Positions 1 through 10,645 of a DNA stretch of 64,000 nucleotides are shown in pieces; positions within the stretch are counted from its first letter, which is position 1; every line of letters starts with the position of its first letter. The notes beneath the pieces were generated by a model that searched no databases, was not told the DNA's origin, and saw only the letters and a list, made by a program, of their open reading frames with translations. The position numbers and the translations under genes are program-made. This DNA comes from Bacillota bacterium (GTDB taxonomy: Bacteria; Bacillota; Negativicutes; Sporomusales; CTSoil-080): assembly GCA_017889725.1 (NCBI GenBank), contig JAGGAE010000007.1, forward strand, positions 3,860-67,859, in the 5' to 3' direction.

Positions 1-551
1 GAAGCAAGCGACATGATGATAACCAGAAATCCGGCTAATAAGTTGGGGTTCTCTAACGTAGAAAATATTCTAAGTTTAAGCGTTGGAAACTGTTCGCCGT
101 CCACCCAGCCGACTGCAGAAATATCCAGCCCATGAACATATTGATAAAAGCCGTAGGCAGCAACCAACCCGGCCGAAGCCAAAATCGCCCCGGCCAAACG
201 TCGGATCTGGAGCCCCGAATGAATATTATTGATAACCAGGTAATACAAGATTATGTATCGTCCCATGAGATTGTAATAATTATAGTAGCTAAACGCCGGG
301 TCAGGAGACACAAATACCGATGCCGCCGACAAAACCACCAGAACCGCCACTGGCAAATCAAAGGGAGTCGCCCTAAATCCTAACCGGCGGTTAACGGCCA
401 TTTTACCGAGCCAAAGCAAAGTAGCAATAGCTAAAAAACTACTCCCGACAGTGAGGGAGAGAGGTAAAAAAAAGGCCACCGCGATTATGCAGTGTTCAAT
501 TAGGTAATCCAGACGATACGAATAAGTTCTTGTCCGATAAGAAATATTCAC
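1..551 (-). CDS. O-antigen ligase/polymerase-like integral membrane protein, N-terminal part; gene runs off the window start
   Basis: My own translation of the minus strand from GTG at 549-551 is open to position 1 (not in the ORF track because it is partial). It is hydrophobic and contains RIFSTLENPNLLAGFLV, which resembles the conserved STxxNPN motif region of Wzy_C/O-antigen ligase proteins. Confidence 0.45.
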   Translation of the reverse strand, partial: MNISYRTRTYSYRLDYLIEHCIIAVAFFLPLSLTVGSSFLAIATLLWLGKMAVNRRLGFRATPFDLPVAVLVVLSAASVFVSPDPAFSYYNYYNLMGRYIILYYLVINNIHSGLQIRRLAGAILASAGLVAAYGFYQYVHGLDISAVGWVDGEQFPTLKLRIFSTLENPNLLAGFLVIIMSLA

Positions 552-597
552 AATTTCACCCAAATAATCATTATTAAAAACAGTAGTATTATATCCC

Positions 598-1899
598 TTA
601 CGAATGATTTTGTCTACTTAATATATAGGGACGGGCACTGCCAATTAAATACAGTGAGCCAGCGACACATACAACGCCCTTCTCCCCTGCCAAAAGCAGT
701 GCTTGCTCTATGCCTCCAGTGATAGATGTTGCTACTTCGATCCGGCTGGCCGTAATTTTTTCCGCCACGATTCTGGGGTCTGCCGCCCGGTCGGACATAG
801 GCTCCACCGTAACCGCTATATCGTCGGGCCGAACTAAAGCGCCACAGATGGAAACCACATCTTTGTCCGCTAGTATACCAAGAACAAAGGTAATTTTTCT
901 TTCAGGAAACACTTCATCGATTGTCCTTCGAAGAGCCTCCGCCCCCGCCGGGTTATGCGCGCCGTCCAGAACAACCGGCGGACTGCCGGGAAAAAGCTCG
1001 AAACGCCCCGGCCAAAAGACAGTTTTTAAACCGTTTTTTATCGCATCAAGGGTTACCCTTTTATCTTTTTCCGCTAACCGCATTCCTACCATCACCGCTG
1101 TCGCCGCATTCTCAACCTGATGCTGTCCTAATAAGTTTACCTCTACATGCAAAGTCTGCGGTTGGGTGGTTACCTTCACAATTTGCCGGTTTTCCTTGAA
1201 CCCTTCGAACGTTCCGGAAAAATGTTCTCCAACCACGTATATTGCCGCCTGTTTCTCCTTTGCCACAGCCTTGATAACATCCAGTGCCGGGCCTTGAGCC
1301 GAAGTGATCACCGGCACACCGTGCTTTATAATCCCGGCTTTATGACGGGCAATTTCTACTACCGTCGAACCGCACCGGTCAGTATGTTCCAGGGTAACAT
1401 TCGTTATCACGCTAAGACAAGGGATAATAACATTGGTAGAGTCTAGCAGACCGCCAAGGCCTACTTCCACTACCGCATATTCAACCCCAGCGGCGGCAAA
1501 ACAGTAAAATGCCGCCGCTGTCAATACTTCAAACTCCGTAGGGTGTTCCCACCCCTCCTCTACCATTGCCGCTACGAACGCACTTGTATATCCCACAGCC
1601 TCGCCAAAAGTTTCCCGGCTGATAGGCTGACCGTTTATCACCATTCGCTCGGTATAGTCGGTCAGATGAGGGGATGTATACATGGCGGTTTTTATCCCGG
1701 CTGCCTTCAACATAGCTGTAATCATGGCCGTGGTAGAACCCTTGCCGTTTGTTCCGGTGATATGAACTGTAGTATAGCGGCGCTCAGGGTTACCCATCAG
1801 GGCTAACAGATTTTCAATCCGGAATAAACCGAAATTCATCCCAAATCTGCTCAAAGACGCCAGATATTCAAGTGCTTGCTCGTAATTCAACAGGGTCAC
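598..1899 (-). CDS. folC: bifunctional folylpolyglutamate synthase / dihydrofolate synthase
   Basis: 433 aa. Mur-ligase P-loop HITGTNGKGST near the N-terminus, typical FolC length, and the folC-after-valS synteny common in Firmicutes. Confidence 0.9.
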   Translation of the reverse strand: MTLLNYEQALEYLASLSRFGMNFGLFRIENLLALMGNPERRYTTVHITGTNGKGSTTAMITAMLKAAGIKTAMYTSPHLTDYTERMVINGQPISRETFGEAVGYTSAFVAAMVEEGWEHPTEFEVLTAAAFYCFAAAGVEYAVVEVGLGGLLDSTNVIIPCLSVITNVTLEHTDRCGSTVVEIARHKAGIIKHGVPVITSAQGPALDVIKAVAKEKQAAIYVVGEHFSGTFEGFKENRQIVKVTTQPQTLHVEVNLLGQHQVENAATAVMVGMRLAEKDKRVTLDAIKNGLKTVFWPGRFELFPGSPPVVLDGAHNPAGAEALRRTIDEVFPERKITFVLGILADKDVVSICGALVRPDDIAVTVEPMSDRAADPRIVAEKITASRIEVATSITGGIEQALLLAGEKGVVCVAGSLYLIGSARPYILSRQNHS

Positions 1900-1923
1900 T
1901 CCCTCAAGTTCGCAAAAATATTT

Positions 1924-4457
1924 TTATAAGTTAGCTAAATACGTGAGACGTTCATTGATTGCCGTTTGTTTATCCCGGCACTCACGCTCTTTCGCCCGTT
2001 CTTTTTCAATTACTTCAGCCGGAGCTTTCGCCACAAATCCGGCATTCGCCAATTTACCCGTTATACGGCTGAGTTCTTTATCCAAAGCATCAAATTCTTT
2101 TTTCAGCCGGGCGGTTTCTTTTTCTACATCAATTAGCCCTTTCAGCGGTAAGTATACTTCTACGCCGCTTACTACTGCCGTCATAGCGTTTTCCGGCTTT
2201 TCGGCAATAACCGATCCAATCTCCGGCTGCGCTGCCGCCAAAGTTTTGAGATAGTCGCTATTATCAGCGAAAACTTGCCGCCATTCATCACTTACCTGCA
2301 ATATAACCTCGCTTTTACGGCCTGGGGGCACATTAACCTCTGAACGCATATTACGGATAGCCTTGATGGTATCCATAAGAATGGTCATCTGAGCCTCCGC
2401 CGCCTCATCAATAAATTCAACTTGAGATGCCGGCCAGGCCGCAGTAACAATGCTTACCCCGCTATGCGGCAAATGCTGCCAGATGGCTTCGGTAATAAAC
2501 GGCATAAACGGATGCAATAGTTCCAGAGTTCCTTTCAGTACATGCCACAGCACATACTGGGCGGTAGCACGGCTTTCGGCGTCCTCTTTGTTGTACAAGC
2601 GGGCCTTAGCCGTTTCGATATACCAGTCACAGTATTCATTCCAAATAAATTCATAGAGTTTCCGGGCCGCTTCGCCCAATTCATAGGCTTCCAGATTGGC
2701 GGTAACTTCCGCTATCGTCTTAGCATAGCGGCTTAATATCCATCGATCTGCCAACGTATACGTTCCAGCCTTGGCAGCCGGATCAAAGCCTTCTAAATTC
2801 ATAAGAACAAAACGGGATGCATTCCAAATTTTATTGGCAAAATTCCGGCTGGATTCCACCCGTTCCCAATAAAACCGCATATCGTTACCGGGAGTATTTC
2901 CGGTAATAAGTGTAAACCTGAGCGTATCCGCGCCATATTTTTCAACAACTTCCAGCGGATCGATACCATTTCCCAGCGACTTGGACATTTTGCGACCTTC
3001 ACTGTCGCGGACCAGCCCATGGATAAATACTTTATGAAAGGGAATCTCTTTTTGGAATTCCAAGCCCATAAATATCATCCGTGCTACCCAGAAAAAGATA
3101 ATATCGTAACCGGTAACCAATACACTGGTAGGATAGAACTGTTTCAATTCCGCCGTATCTTCCGGCCAGCCCATTGTGGAAAACGGCCATAATGCCGAAC
3201 TGAACCATGTATCCAGCACATCCGGGTCCTGTTTTACTTGTCCTCCGCATTTCGGGCACTCTGTAATATCGGTTTTGGAGACGATTACTTCTCCACAATC
3301 ACAATACCATGCAGGAATGCGATGTCCCCACCATATTTGCCGGGAAATACACCAGTCTCGAATATTTTCCAGCCAATTCAAGTAAATCTTAGTAAACCGT
3401 TCCGGGACAAAGGCAATGCGTCCTGATTGAACAGCTTCAATCGCCGGTTTAGCCAGCGGTTTCATGTCGACAAACCACTGTTTTGACACCAAAGGCTCAA
3501 CCACAGTCCGGCAGCGCTGGCAGTGGCCTACCGAATGGGCATGTTCGTCGATCTTAGCCAGAAAATCCTTTTCCTTGAGGTCCTGGACTAACGCCTTGCG
3601 GCATTCATACCTGTCCATACCGGCGTAACGGCCAGTATCGGCTGCCATGGTGCCGTCGTTGTTGATAACAACAATTTGCGGCAGGTTATGTCGAAGCCCC
3701 ATCTCAAAATCATTCGGGTCATGGGAAGGGGTAACTTTTACCGCCCCGGTGCCAAAGGAAGGATCAACATATTCATCAGCTACAACAGGTATACGGGGGT
3801 AGTGGCCACTGTAACGAATCGCCCCTCCAACCCTTCTACCGGATACCGTACATGATAGAGGTTTCCGGGTTTTTCTTCATGTTCCACTTCAATATCGCTT
3901 AATGCCGTATTACAACGCGTACACCAGTTCGTGATACGGTTACCCTGATAGATTAAGCCCTTTTCATAAAGAGAAACGAAAACTTCACGCACTGCTTTGG
4001 AGCATCCCTCATCCATAGTGAAGCGTTCACGCTCCCAGTCGCAGGAAGCACCAAGCCGTCTGAGCTGGTTAGTGATGCGACTGCCGTACTGTTTTTTCCA
4101 CTCCCAAACTTTATCAATAAATTTTTCCCGACCCAAATCATAGCGGGAAATACCGTCTTTTGCGAGCACTTCTTCCACCTTAATTTGGGTGGCAATGCCG
4201 GCATGGTCCGTCCCCGGCATCCATAAGGTATCATAACCCTGCATCCTTTTTGCTCTGATTAAAATATCCTGCAGCGTATTATCCAGGGCATGGCCCATAT
4301 GCAACTGGCCGGTTACGTTCGGTGGGGGAATGACAATACTGAACGGTGTCTTATCCGCATCTACCGCCGCCCGAAACAGTCCCTTTTCCACCCAAAATGA
4401 ATACCATTTACTCTCCTCTGCCGCGGGATCGTAAACCGTTGGTATATTGTTCTCCAT
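1924..4457 (-). pseudogene. valS: valine--tRNA ligase, disrupted by an internal deletion plus frameshift (or assembly error)
   Basis: The N-terminal ORF starts at ATG 4455-4457 ([15 protein letters not shown]-type motif [11 protein letters not shown]) and stops at 3780-3782 right after VTVATT. The downstream frame resumes as [31 protein letters not shown] and continues with KMSKS and the C-terminal coiled coil to 1924. The conserved [15 protein letters not shown]..-type block between ATT and RIP is absent and the two parts are in different frames. Confidence 0.8.
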
Positions 4458-4749
4458 ACTACAAATCCTCCTAGTGTGAAAATAAAAATAAACTCTTTCA
4501 TCCTGCCGGACGAAAGAGCTCTTTCGTGGTACCACCATGCTTCCCGGCCTTCCCTTTACGGGACACACCGGCTTAAACGCCTGTAACGGGGCTTTCCGGT
4601 TGCACCTACTCCTTCTTCAGTACAACAGCTCCGGGATGACCTTCCGCCTCCGAACACTGTGACGCCTTTCAGCCAAGGGCCTCTTCTCTAAAACAGTCGC
4701 TCGGAGCGTACTCTTCCCATCTTTGCTTATACCATATGCAAATAGTATT
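4458..4749 (-). promoter_or_regulatory. T-box leader (valine specifier) controlling valS
   Basis: On the minus strand: T-box motif GGTGGTACCACG (4525-4536); terminator stem CTCTTTC..GAAAGAG (4493-4518) followed by a T-run; alternative pairing of the T-box sequence with the 5' half of the terminator. Stem I elements AGAGA and GAAGAGTA are present. Candidate specifier GUC followed by A lies at 4638-4640. Confidence 0.85.
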
Positions 4750-4755
4750 AGATAC

Positions 4756-4784
4756 AATATACTTCGCGCCGGAAAAAATGTCAA
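4756..4784 (-). promoter_or_regulatory. sigma-A type promoter for the valS leader
   Basis: Minus strand reads TTGACA (4779-4784), a 17-nt spacer, then TATATT (4756-4761), just upstream of the T-box leader. Confidence 0.6.
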
Positions 4785-4807
4785 GTTACGACATCCACTA
4801 GTACTTT

Positions 4808-5269
4808 TTACCCCTCATAGTACTCCCTATAAGCCTTTTTTTCCTCCACCAGGAGAAAATCCCGGAAAGGGATGCCGTTTTCGTACTTCCACAATGTGAT
4901 CTTACTGGGCGCAACTTCAATGACCACTTCATCGGCGATACGCGAGTAATTATTATAAGAACTTTCATGCTGCCTTTTAAATTCATCAATAAAATAGATA
5001 TTAGTAACATCCATAGGACTGCCTTTTATCTGAGCTATTCCCTCAATTTGCAGATTGTTTGCGCATAGCGCTACTTGCGTATTTTCTTGTATCTGCCGCA
5101 CCTTCGCAAACTTGATATCTGTTTGGAACAAAATATTGATATCTTCAAAAACACAACTCATACTTCTTGCCGTAACCTGATTATTGGAAGAGGTGGCTAA
5201 AACCATATACTTGATCCCGTTATATAATTCCAACACTTCCCGTTTGAGTTCCTCAAAACCAAGTTCCAT
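4808..5269 (-). CDS. pyridoxamine 5'-phosphate oxidase-like (split-barrel FMN-binding) family protein
   Basis: 153 aa. The N-terminus (YMVLATSSNNQVTARSMSCVF) and the size resemble general-stress-protein-26/PNPOx-like proteins. Assignment is by recognition only. Confidence 0.5.
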   Translation of the reverse strand: MELGFEELKREVLELYNGIKYMVLATSSNNQVTARSMSCVFEDINILFQTDIKFAKVRQIQENTQVALCANNLQIEGIAQIKGSPMDVTNIYFIDEFKRQHESSYNNYSRIADEVVIEVAPSKITLWKYENGIPFRDFLLVEEKKAYREYYEG

Positions 5270-5305
5270 ACCAATCGCCCTTCTTAATTAAACCAATACT
5301 TATCC

Positions 5306-5743
5306 TTACGGCTTACGTTCCATAAATTTAGCTTCTCCATCCGGGTCAGTAACCTTAAACTCAGCTTGCCTATAAAACTCCGGTATTCTGGTAAAGAGTG
5401 TCAATCGTTTTAATTTTTTTAGCGCCGGATGCTCAACAATGGTCTGAATCAACCACCTGCCGAGTCCTTTCCCCCGAAATTCATCGAGAATAAAGACATC
5501 GGCAATATAGCCGAAAGTAGCCAAATCACTGACCACACGGGCAAACCCTATCTGCTGGTATCCATCAATACTTTTTCTGTATACACCAAAACAGTAAGCC
5601 GAGTTATCCATAGCCGTTTGCATCATTTCCCGGCTTCGTCCTTCTCCCCAATTCGTTTGTGTACTAATAAAGTAGTGAATCAACGCAACATCCAGCATAA
5701 CCTTATCGGTAGATATAAAAAAGTCTTCCTTTTCCCAAACCAT
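5306..5743 (-). CDS. GNAT family N-acetyltransferase
   Basis: Acetyl-CoA binding motif RGKGLGRWL. Start moved to ATG 5741-5743, preceded by GGAGAGGAAG. Confidence 0.75.
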   Translation of the reverse strand: MVWEKEDFFISTDKVMLDVALIHYFISTQTNWGEGRSREMMQTAMDNSAYCFGVYRKSIDGYQQIGFARVVSDLATFGYIADVFILDEFRGKGLGRWLIQTIVEHPALKKLKRLTLFTRIPEFYRQAEFKVTDPDGEAKFMERKP

Positions 5744-5787
5744 TGATTTCTTCCTCTCCCCTTCAACCACCGAGGCCCAGCCCCTTG

Positions 5788-6183
5788 TTAGTTATTGCCC
5801 TCAGGCAGAGGGGTACTTTCCGTCACAAACTGAATATTAGTCCCAATAGCACAACGATTGCAATGGCATAAGGCTAAACTGGTCATTTCCTCAATAAAGG
5901 CCGCAACATCACGGACCCCTTCCGGATACAGAACAATGGTTTCCCGATCACCGAAATTCTGCGCCACACCGGCCGAGTACCCCTCGATGCTTCCGACTTT
6001 AAAAGCAATATCCAGCAAGTTCATGATAAACTGAACATCCTGCTGATTGCCTGTGGCTTGCTCTTTCAAACCGGACAAAATAACTTCCGTATCATTTTCC
6101 GCCAATTCTCGGATGATTCCGCTCTGGTCTTTACTGAGAACTTGCCCATATTCACGTACTAGTTCCGGAATACTTTTTAGCAT
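5788..6183 (-). CDS. hypothetical protein
   Basis: Open frame with start ATG 6181-6183 preceded by AAGGGAG. No family recognised. C-terminal CHCNRC motif. Confidence 0.45.
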   Translation of the reverse strand: MLKSIPELVREYGQVLSKDQSGIIRELAENDTEVILSGLKEQATGNQQDVQFIMNLLDIAFKVGSIEGYSAGVAQNFGDRETIVLYPEGVRDVAAFIEEMTSLALCHCNRCAIGTNIQFVTESTPLPEGNN

Positions 6184-6365
6184 AATTAACAACTCCCTTA
6201 TTCTTATTGTCGAGAATAATCCAGTCGTTGCTTGAAAGCGCCTGATACAGTTTTCCCAATACCGGAACGTGTGAAATGCAACCCAGCCATCCAATCATCC
6301 GAATGTTCAGCGGTATGCTGTACCCATTCGCTACAAATTCACTAACTCCTTTATGCACTGGGATA

Positions 6366-7610
6366 CTATGGCGTTATTTTTTTTTGCATGCACGGCTGAT
6401 ACACCTTGCGATCCTTAGTAAACACTTTTAGGCCAAAGAGCAAACCAGCCCCAAGGATTGCAACAAAAGCGGTCAGCGGCCAGACCGCTTTCACTCCTTC
6501 CACTGTTATATACATCCCCATTAACGAAGTTCCCAGTGCCCCACCTAATGCACTGGTTAGATTACTCAGCGCGTTAAATCTGGCCCGGAAATTAGCGGGA
6601 CTATTATTCGCCACATATACTCCCATATTGGCAACCGCCAATATTTCCCCCATTGTCCACACAACGGTGGATACCATAAATAAAGGGAAAGTGGAAATTA
6701 GCCCGATCATACCATAACCTATCCCATAAAATATACCAGCGAGGATTACGTTAGTAAGCGGATGGTAGCGTTGAGTCAGGGCAACAGTCACCAGCGATAA
6801 ACAGACTACCGTAATAGCATTGGTGCTCATTAGGAGACCGAACTTTTCGGCCCCCGCCAAGGGATACACCTCATTCAACATGAACGGCAGGGAAAATGAG
6901 CCTTGCCGATAGACAAAACTATATAGTACGGATATGGTGAGAAACACCATAATCTGCGGTTTATTACATAAGGCCTGCCACAGGTTGCCTTTTTCTATCC
7001 GCTCCTCGTGCGTAGCAACAACTAATTTGTCGGCAGTAGGTTTCGTTTCCTGAATATATTTATAAAATATCATAACCGCTACAAAGGAACTTAATGCGTC
7101 CCCTATATATAGCAACGGTAAAAAATGGTTGAACAAAAAACCGGCCATCATAGGGCCGACCGCTACACCAATGTTGACTCCTAAGTGGTTTAAAGCAATG
7201 CCGGCCTGTCTTTTATCCGGCGGTAACACATCACTAAGTATAGCCCCTAACGAAGGCCGGACAAAGCCATTGAAAAAGTTAGCGGCAATTAGTAGCAGAA
7301 TAATTACCGCCGGAGTATGGATAAAACCGCAAAAGAAAATCAATACACCAGCCATACTTTGACCACCTAAATAGGTGATCCTTCGCCCTACCGTATCAGC
7401 AAATTTCCCACCGATAAAAGAAGCAACCAACATACTTAAGGAAGCCGTCATTACAATAAAACCAGTGGCCCCAAAAGATATACCCAATTTTTGAGTAAGC
7501 AGAAGCGCCAAAAAAGGTAGTACAAAGTCTCCGAGCCGATTAATGATTTGTACAATAAAGATAATATAGACGCTCTTAGGCAGTCCTTTGTAGCTATTTA
7601 GAAACTTCAT
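6366..7610 (-). CDS. MFS transporter
   Basis: About 12 predicted hydrophobic segments and the MFS signature-like GGKFADTVGRR after TM2. Start ATG 7608-7610 preceded by GGAGGG. Confidence 0.8.
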   Translation of the reverse strand: MKFLNSYKGLPKSVYIIFIVQIINRLGDFVLPFLALLLTQKLGISFGATGFIVMTASLSMLVASFIGGKFADTVGRRITYLGGQSMAGVLIFFCGFIHTPAVIILLLIAANFFNGFVRPSLGAILSDVLPPDKRQAGIALNHLGVNIGVAVGPMMAGFLFNHFLPLLYIGDALSSFVAVMIFYKYIQETKPTADKLVVATHEERIEKGNLWQALCNKPQIMVFLTISVLYSFVYRQGSFSLPFMLNEVYPLAGAEKFGLLMSTNAITVVCLSLVTVALTQRYHPLTNVILAGIFYGIGYGMIGLISTFPLFMVSTVVWTMGEILAVANMGVYVANNSPANFRARFNALSNLTSALGGALGTSLMGMYITVEGVKAVWPLTAFVAILGAGLLFGLKVFTKDRKVYQPCMQKKITP

Positions 7611-7656
7611 AATACCCTCCTCCATCTTCTGTTTTAGACAAGCAGGAAACGGCTGC

Positions 7657-8142
7657 CTATTTTTCTTCCGCCATCTGGCGGTTGAGCCGCTGTTCAAGCA
7701 GCGCAGCCGTGATTTCGGCCGCGCCCCGGACATAATCGGAGCACTGGCTATAGTGTTCCTCCGAGCCCCATTCTACTTTTCCGGTCAAGGCACGGCAACA
7801 AGTTGCCTTAAAGCGTTTTTTGAACTCATCATGTAATTCTTTCGCAACGGAACAAGCCAACTCATCCGATTCTTCCGCTGTGTTTCGACCTGCAACTAGA
7901 CTAAGTACCAAAGCACTGCCGGTAAGACTCCCGCAGCAACACTTTGCCCCCCCTAGCCCCTGCCCTAAGGCGGTGGCTATTTTGTACAAGTCCGGGGGCA
8001 ATCCAAGCGTGTAACATTCATTAAATACTTTTAGTATGGCTTCACTGCAATGCAGCCCTCCCAAAAATTCCTCTACTGCTCGTTTGGCGCTTAGGCTATC
8101 CTTGATTTTTATTTCATGCACATCCATCCCCCCTTTCTTCAT
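7657..8142 (-). CDS. C_GCAxxG_C_C family (redox-active Cys) protein
   Basis: 161 aa with HCSEA, CCCGSLTG, and C-terminal CC and C..C cysteines in the spacing typical of the C-GCAxxG-C-C family. Confidence 0.7.
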   Translation of the reverse strand: MKKGGMDVHEIKIKDSLSAKRAVEEFLGGLHCSEAILKVFNECYTLGLPPDLYKIATALGQGLGGAKCCCGSLTGSALVLSLVAGRNTAEESDELACSVAKELHDEFKKRFKATCCRALTGKVEWGSEEHYSQCSDYVRGAAEITAALLEQRLNRQMAEEK

Positions 8143-8285
8143 TTAGCAATTTTTCCCATCATCTAGATATTATTCTGTGTATCGTACTCCAACTATTGTA
8201 AAATGTCAAGGCTGATTAAATAAAGAAGCTGTGTCAAAGCTCACCTTTAACACAGCCTCTTGCTACACTCTATTTTAACCGGAGG

Positions 8286-9023
8286 TTATTTGCGAAGTAC
8301 ATATTTCACCAGAAACACACTGACTTCGTACAGGACAAGTAGCGGCACCGCAATCATAGTTTGCGAAAAGATATCCGGCGAAGGCGAAATTATAGCGCCC
8401 ACAACAAAGGATAACACAAGTACTATCTTACGCTTAGTTGCCAAATACGCCGAATTTACAAGCCCTAATTTTGCCAGCACTAAAATTACTAACGGTAATT
8501 CGAAGACAAAACCAAAGGGCAATAGGAATGAGATTACAAAAGACAAATACTCACCAAGAGAAAATAAGGGCTGCAATTGTTCCGAAGCAAAACCCATAAA
8601 AAAGCGAATGCCCGCCGGCAATACTAAGTAGTAGGAAAATATAAGTCCAACAAAAAATAAAACCACCGAAGCGGGTACAAGCAACAGCGACGCCTTTCGC
8701 TCTCTGTTAGTCAAGGCGGGCACCACAAAGGCCCATCCCTCATACAACACCACTGGCAAAGCAACTAGGAAACCAGCAAAAACAGATACCTTAAGATAGG
8801 CAAAAAAGGCTTCAGCCGGATTCATGTAATACAGCTTGCCAACAGGCGCCGTTATAAGGTGTACTAATTCCTGTGAATAATAATATGCGGCACAACTGGC
8901 AACCACCACTGCCGCTATACTTATAATCAGTCGCCGCCTAAGTTCCTGGAGATGGTCAATTAAGGACATTTCACCGCCGGTTCCAATTTCCTGATCTACT
9001 TCACCTGTTAACTTTTCCGTCAC
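8286..9023 (-). CDS. tatC: twin-arginine translocase subunit TatC
   Basis: 245 aa, six hydrophobic helices, N-terminal LIDHLQELRRRL motif, directly downstream of tatA. Confidence 0.9.
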   Translation of the reverse strand: MTEKLTGEVDQEIGTGGEMSLIDHLQELRRRLIISIAAVVVASCAAYYYSQELVHLITAPVGKLYYMNPAEAFFAYLKVSVFAGFLVALPVVLYEGWAFVVPALTNRERKASLLLVPASVVLFFVGLIFSYYLVLPAGIRFFMGFASEQLQPLFSLGEYLSFVISFLLPFGFVFELPLVILVLAKLGLVNSAYLATKRKIVLVLSFVVGAIISPSPDIFSQTMIAVPLLVLYEVSVFLVKYVLRK

Positions 9024-9034
9024 CTAAGCGCCCC

Positions 9035-9256
9035 CTACTCGTGAGACTTTTTTACTTCTTGATTCTTTTCCTCGGTTACACTTTCCGTGTTTTTAGGCGT
9101 TATATTGACGGGCTGGTCCTTATCATTCATGGCCCGTCGAAACTCATTCAACCCCTTGCCAACGGCTTTGCCCACTTCAGGAAGTTTTCCCGGCCCAAAA
9201 ACTACAAGCGCTATACCCAATATCAGAACTAACTCCGGCATACTAAAATTAAACAT
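9035..9256 (-). CDS. tatA: twin-arginine translocase subunit TatA/E
   Basis: 73 aa. N-terminal TM followed by FGPGKLPEVGKAVGKGLNEFR, the canonical TatA hinge and amphipathic helix. Confidence 0.9.
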   Translation of the reverse strand: MFNFSMPELVLILGIALVVFGPGKLPEVGKAVGKGLNEFRRAMNDKDQPVNITPKNTESVTEEKNQEVKKSHE

Positions 9257-9352
9257 GTAGCCACCCTCCCTCTATTTGCTTTTATTATACTTGTCCCATT
9301 ATAAAAAAACAACTCAGCCTAAGGCGAGCTGTTTTTCATTTAAGCAGACTTA

Positions 9353-10330
9353 TTAATTCTGGCGAACACCTATAAAATCAGCAATGGTCTGAAGCGCCGC
9401 CCTAACCTCGCCCGGCAGGGAATCCGGCAAGCTTTTCCGGGCAGTCTCCAGATAGTCAGTCGCAATTTGGTAAGAGTATTCGACCGCTTCCGTCCCTCTG
9501 ACAATGTCCAAACAACGTCTTACTTTTTCTTCCGGCATGTCCTTGGCGGTAATAATGCTTTTTAGTTCCTCGCTATGACTCGATTGTTCCAAGGCGTACA
9601 AAACCGGTAACGTCAGTACCCCTTGCTTCAGGTCATTACCAGCCGGTTTGCCGATTTTTTCGGAAGATGCGGTCACATCGAGAATATCATCGGTAATTTG
9701 AAAAGCCATCCCCACCGCATAACCATACTGATACATCCCCTCAACTTCAGCCGCTGAAAGTCCTGCCGCTAAGGCACCGAGCTGGCAGCTCACCGCAATA
9801 AAGCCTGCCGTTTTCTTGCCAATTCGGACAAAGTAGTCTTCCTTGCACTGCATAACCCGGTAGCTATCACGAATTTGACCTATCTCGCCTTCACAAATGG
9901 TGCAGATTTCCTTAGTAAGAATAGAAAGGGCCGCTTTGTGGTTGTTAGCCGCCAACAACAAAAATGCTTTGGCAAATAAATAATCGCCTGTCAGCACTGA
10001 TGGATGATCGCCCCATTTGGCATTGGCCGTTATCAGATTTCTTCGGGTGGAAGCATTATCAAGAACATCATCATGCACAAGCGTGGCCATATGAATGAGC
10101 TCGATAGCCACTGCTGCAGGCATCTGATCGGCAAGGTTACCCTTGCCGGCTTTTGCCCCCAAAAAGTATAAGGCAGGTCTTAAACGCTTACCACCCGCCC
10201 TTAAAAGATGAATTCCCATGTCCGTCATAATATCGTCTTCAGACTGAATAATTGCCGCCAATTCGTTTTCCAGCAGGCTAAGCTCATCTTGCACTAATCC
10301 AAAAATCTCTTGTTGAACCAAAAATATCAC
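9353..10330 (-). CDS. trans-polyprenyl diphosphate synthase (heptaprenyl/octaprenyl class)
   Basis: First and second Asp-rich motifs LVHDDVLDN and ITDDILD. Length is about 320 aa. The start is uncertain (GTG 10328-10330, or TTG 10319-10321 after AGGTGA). Confidence 0.85.
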   Translation of the reverse strand: MIFLVQQEIFGLVQDELSLLENELAAIIQSEDDIMTDMGIHLLRAGGKRLRPALYFLGAKAGKGNLADQMPAAVAIELIHMATLVHDDVLDNASTRRNLITANAKWGDHPSVLTGDYLFAKAFLLLAANNHKAALSILTKEICTICEGEIGQIRDSYRVMQCKEDYFVRIGKKTAGFIAVSCQLGALAAGLSAAEVEGMYQYGYAVGMAFQITDDILDVTASSEKIGKPAGNDLKQGVLTLPVLYALEQSSHSEELKSIITAKDMPEEKVRRCLDIVRGTEAVEYSYQIATDYLETARKSLPDSLPGEVRAALQTIADFIGVRQN

Positions 10331-10395
10331 CTAACCCATTCTGTGTGGTTCTATCATACACCGAAAGACGGCCGTTAGTCTATATATCCAAATCT

Positions 10396-10644
10396 TTACT
10401 TCTTTTTCTCTACACGAATTGCACAGTCCGGGCAAACCATTTGGCAAATACCGCACACAATACATTTTTCCATATCCGCCATAACCCGGGGAGTTCCATA
10501 GACGCCTAGTTCTTCAGACCATCCAATGCACTTTACCGGACACTTTTCAATACATAATCCACAACCTTTACACAATTCGGGAAAAACAGCCCATTTTCCT
10601 TTCTCGTGTTCCCTAAACGTCGATTTCCAGTTTTCTTTTTCCAT
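10396..10644 (-). CDS. 2-oxoacid:ferredoxin oxidoreductase delta subunit (2x[4Fe-4S] ferredoxin)
   Basis: 82 aa with two CxxCxxCxxxCP clusters (CKGCGLCIEKCP, CIVCGICQMVCP). Last gene of the alpha-beta-gamma-delta operon. Confidence 0.85.
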   Translation of the reverse strand: MEKENWKSTFREHEKGKWAVFPELCKGCGLCIEKCPVKCIGWSEELGVYGTPRVMADMEKCIVCGICQMVCPDCAIRVEKKK

Positions 10645-10645
10645 T

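Noticed and set aside
132-383. 83-aa plus-strand ORF at the window start
   Set aside because: It is antisense to a longer minus-strand frame that is open from 551 to 1 and has membrane-protein / O-antigen-ligase-like character. It has no RBS and an Arg/Gln-rich nonsense composition.
6152-6358. 68-aa ORF upstream of and overlapping the hypothetical gene 5788-6183, and the longer 168-aa version of that gene
   Set aside because: Its GTG start has no RBS, whereas the ATG at 6181-6183 is preceded by AAGGGAG. I cannot rule out a small real protein, but there is no supporting signal.
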